Sequence record: PV467748.1
Direction: 5' to 3' (one strand)
Source: a phage
Length of the DNA stretch: 64,000 nt
This document shows positions 61,399 through 64,000 of the stretch, one piece after another. The first letter of the stretch is position 1, and the number at the start of each line of letters is the position of its first letter. The position numbers were made by a program, and so were the translations under genes. The notes beneath the pieces were generated by a model that had not been told where the DNA came from, made no database searches, and saw nothing but the letters and a program-made list of their open reading frames with translations.

Positions 61399-61509
61399 TC
61401 AGAAGTTAAAGAATACACGTACATGGTCAATCATAAAAACGATTGGGAAAATGCTCAATACGACCAATAACACAAACATGTTCCAAATTGCTTTAAGTAA
61501 GTTTTTCAT
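61399..61509 (-). CDS. Small hydrophobic peptide, 36 aa (not in ORF track)
   Basis: Hand-translated MKNLLKAIWNMFVLLVVLSIFPIVFMIDHVRVFFNF; early-promoter-like motif upstream. Confidence 0.25.
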   Translation of the reverse strand: MKNLLKAIWNMFVLLVVLSIFPIVFMIDHVRVFFNF

Positions 61510-61654
61510 AATCATCTCCATTAGTTGATAGGTCTATAATATCATGATTAATGGAGATGTATACTGATTTATGCCAATTTCCACAACAATAAACTAAAAC
61601 ATACGCAAATCACTGGGGTACAGGCCATCCAAATAAGGCACCACGTTTTGCTAC

Positions 61655-61912
61655 TCATAATTCCACCTCAATGATTTCAATCTTCTTGGCTTTGATAGCT
61701 TTCTTCAAATCCGGGTAAACTTGAGTACAGTAAGAATTATTCAACTCGCCATTCACCAAACGTTGAATCTCTTCATGGGTGGTCAGATAAGGTTGGTCCG
61801 TCTCATATTTAGATAAATCCAGTCCGGTAATGCAAAAATCTTCTCCATCCGAAAAGGTTGAAAACGATACAAACTCACGGGTAATTTTATGTTTAGCGTA
61901 ATAGAATTTCAT
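61655..61912 (-). CDS. Hypothetical protein (ndd.x), 85 aa
   Basis: ORF with early promoter upstream. Confidence 0.45.
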   Translation of the reverse strand: MKFYYAKHKITREFVSFSTFSDGEDFCITGLDLSKYETDQPYLTTHEEIQRLVNGELNNSYCTQVYPDLKKAIKAKKIEIIEVEL

Positions 61913-61940
61913 TTTTGTTTCTCCTCATAAGTTGATAGGA

Positions 61941-61973
61941 AGATAGTAACACCGTCCTTGGTGTATGTAAACT
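61941..61973 (-). promoter_or_regulatory. T4-type early promoter (minus)
   Basis: rc reads GTTTACAtacaccaaggacggtgtTACTAT. Confidence 0.5.
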
Positions 61974-61989
61974 GTTTTGTGGAAAAAAA

Positions 61990-62571
61990 TTATAAGGCGA
62001 GATACCAGCCGCTAAAATTACTCTTACGGACTAGCTTTTTGATGGCTTCTCTATCACCAGAGAATTTAGGAGTGAACAGGACGTCGCCTGCCTCATTTAC
62101 TGAAGTGTCGAATATAATTATACAGTCTGCAACTTTATGATTCAGGAGTGGGCCTAGGTTAATCCCTGTTCCATACGGGAAGTCACCCGAGTATCCTGTG
62201 GTGCAGGAAATCCACTTAGAATCCGATTGGTGCGTCTTGACCTCTACACGAAGTCCACAGTACATAGGATGGGCTAAAACATCCCAGGCGTAGGTATAAG
62301 GGTCATCATGGTCTTCCAACCCGCTATTAACATACCCTTTCAACCAATCAGCAACCATGTACTCAGCGTACGTTGCAATGACACACCGAGTCAATACTTC
62401 TTTCTTATCTTGGGACGGGTCTTGACTTAAGGAATACAACATGGTATCCTTAATCTTGACCTTCATTTCGCCCGTTAAATCAGATGTCTTCAGGGTAAAT
62501 GTCGGCATCGCTGCCAATCGGAGTAACCCCGGGTTCGTCTTCACCATAAATGCCTCGAATATGAAGTTCAC
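61990..62571 (-). CDS. denB: Putative endonuclease IV (DenB-like), start uncertain
   Basis: Met9 start gives 185 aa (recalled T4 DenB length); position between ndd.x genes and rIIB; no motif verified. Confidence 0.45.
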   Translation of the reverse strand: MNFIFEAFMVKTNPGLLRLAAMPTFTLKTSDLTGEMKVKIKDTMLYSLSQDPSQDKKEVLTRCVIATYAEYMVADWLKGYVNSGLEDHDDPYTYAWDVLAHPMYCGLRVEVKTHQSDSKWISCTTGYSGDFPYGTGINLGPLLNHKVADCIIIFDTSVNEAGDVLFTPKFSGDREAIKKLVRKSNFSGWYLAL

Positions 62572-62788
62572 CGTAATAAATTCGGTCGTTTGGTTCTAAA
62601 GTATCAGAATCTGCTAAAGGAAATTCACCTTCGACCACCTCGTCGCATTCAAGAAAAGCGTAATGGACGTCACCAGGGTGTTTAACGAGCTTAGCACAAT
62701 AAACAGTACCTGCTCGATGGAACCCACGCAAATTGGAAATCTTGATATCACGTTCACTGACATTTAGGTAATTAATCATTTTACTCAC
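62480..62788 (-). CDS. Hypothetical protein, 102 aa
   Basis: ORF; 3' end overlaps putative denB start region. Confidence 0.4.
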   Translation of the reverse strand: MSKMINYLNVSERDIKISNLRGFHRAGTVYCAKLVKHPGDVHYAFLECDEVVEGEFPLADSDTLEPNDRIYYGELHIRGIYGEDEPGVTPIGSDADIYPEDI

Positions 62789-62978
62789 CGAAATAAGAAA
62801 TACGAACCTCTAAACAATGAGCATAAGCACCCATCGCATCCAGTTGTGCAATCAGTAACCCTTGTTGACGGATATCAAGAGTTTCAAAAACACCGCCTTT
62901 AATAAAGGTTTCTAGTGCATTAATTTTAAGAACCAACTGGTCGTATTCTTCAACTACACGTGCTTGGAAACCTAACAT
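62781..62978 (-). CDS. Hypothetical protein, 65 aa
   Basis: ORF with RBS GAGGA immediately after UUCG hairpin. Confidence 0.45.
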   Translation of the reverse strand: MLGFQARVVEEYDQLVLKINALETFIKGGVFETLDIRQQGLLIAQLDAMGAYAHCLEVRISYFGE

Positions 62979-62989
62979 AATTCCTCATT

Positions 62990-63005
62990 AGGAGGCCGAA
63001 GCCTC
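62990..63005 (-). promoter_or_regulatory. Intercistronic RNA hairpin ggaggc-UUCG-gccucc downstream of rIIB
   Basis: Identical hairpin to 26361..26378; immediately upstream of next RBS. Confidence 0.5.
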
Positions 63006-63016
63006 CGTTTATTGAT

Positions 63017-63985
63017 TTAGTATTTGTATTCGTTTGCGAACTGTTCAGTGACGTCTTCCAGAACTTCATAATAACATACGCGCATTTTAGCATCACCGTA
63101 ATCGACTGGGATACTAACAACATCACGTGGGTTAACTTTACATGAAACTACTTTACAGTTTGAGCTACCAAAATGTCTGATATAGCTACGAGAGCAAACG
63201 TGCAGACCTGTTGAACAAGTTACTTCGTCGTCATCATTTACACGCGAACGAGGCATTTTAACTGGCTTACCTGGCGAGTTATCAAACGTACCGGTACGGC
63301 AGTCGGTGTAATCGGAGTTAACTACCTTCCACGTAATAAAGTGGCCGTCTTCAGTGATTTTGATATCGTTTGCAACCAGGAAGTCAAACAAACGCTGTAC
63401 AGCTTTTTCGCTTGGGTTTTCTAACAGATTCTCAAGGAACGGCAGGTAGAATTCGAAGTCTTCACCATTTTCCATTGAGGTGATAATACGGTCAATCAAC
63501 CCTGAACGCAATTCGATACCTTGATAAACCAGACGTCCACCTTCAATACGAACGTTACCTTTAACAAATGCTTTAACAGCTTCTTTAATAGAAATCAGTT
63601 TAATTGCATCATCGAAACGGGATTCTTTAAGAGCCTGTACGATGGCATCGAAATGTTTGTTCTTATTAGTGGTGTTCCATACTGTACGGCCTTCAGTGAT
63701 GGATACGAATTTAGAACTGGCATTCCAAATAATTTCAGGACGAGAACCACCAATAGTAGCTTCAACAGGAACTACACGAGGCTCGTTAGGAACTGTTACT
63801 TTGATATTTCCGGTAATAACCACTTGCGAACGTTTAGCTTCTTCAGCATTTTTCAGGACTTTACGAATGGTATCAACCGAAACACCATACCAGTCAGCTA
63901 GTTCTTGCTGAGTATAATTACCAGATTTATAGAGGGAAACTACTTTCTCTTGTTCAGATTTAGCCAGACACTTAATATTGTACAT
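63017..63985 (-). CDS. rIIB: rIIB membrane-associated protein
   Basis: 322 aa; near-collinear with recalled T4 rIIB (MYNIKCL.K.EQ, SGNYTQQELADW.GVSVDTIR.VLKNAEEAKR, FLENLLENPS, RVNDDD, CYYEVLEDVTEQFA). Confidence 0.95.
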   Translation of the reverse strand: MYNIKCLAKSEQEKVVSLYKSGNYTQQELADWYGVSVDTIRKVLKNAEEAKRSQVVITGNIKVTVPNEPRVVPVEATIGGSRPEIIWNASSKFVSITEGRTVWNTTNKNKHFDAIVQALKESRFDDAIKLISIKEAVKAFVKGNVRIEGGRLVYQGIELRSGLIDRIITSMENGEDFEFYLPFLENLLENPSEKAVQRLFDFLVANDIKITEDGHFITWKVVNSDYTDCRTGTFDNSPGKPVKMPRSRVNDDDEVTCSTGLHVCSRSYIRHFGSSNCKVVSCKVNPRDVVSIPVDYGDAKMRVCYYEVLEDVTEQFANEYKY

Positions 63986-64000
63986 AATATTTCCTTAGAT

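Overview
This 64 kb window is a contiguous block of a T-even (T4-like, Tequatrovirus-type) myophage genome, collinear with T4 from the 3' end of gene 23 to rIIB. Order: 23(C-term) - 24 (two tandem paralogs) - rnlB - hoc - inh - uvsW - uvsW.1 - uvsY - baseplate hub block 25/26/51/27/28/29/48/54 - alt (three tandem paralogs) - 30 (DNA ligase) - 30.x small genes - rIII - 31 - cd - pseT - spanins - alc - rnlA - denA - nrdB - nrdA - td - frd - 32 - 59 - 33 - dsbA - rnh - long tail fibre genes 34/35/36/37 plus a T2-type gp38 adhesin - t - asiA - motA - 52 - ndd - denB - rIIB. Protein assignments rest on recalled similarity to T4 proteins, visible catalytic motifs and synteny; no database search was run. 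Minus-strand early genes are preceded by recurrent T4-type early promoters (GTTTACA, 17-18 bp, TAnTAT); plus-strand late genes by TATAAATA; intercistronic UUCG/GNRA hairpins and hairpin terminators are frequent. No homing endonuclease genes, introns, tRNAs or CRISPR arrays were seen. Most notable departures from T4: three tandem Alt-type ADP-ribosyltransferase paralogs, a NADAR/YbiA-like gene in the 30.x cluster, a tandem gene 24 duplication, a gp37 C-terminal autoproteolytic chaperone motif with a glycine-rich gp38 adhesin, and two unrelated small genes sharing an identical 5' leader. Promoter and hairpin coordinates are approximate to a few nt.
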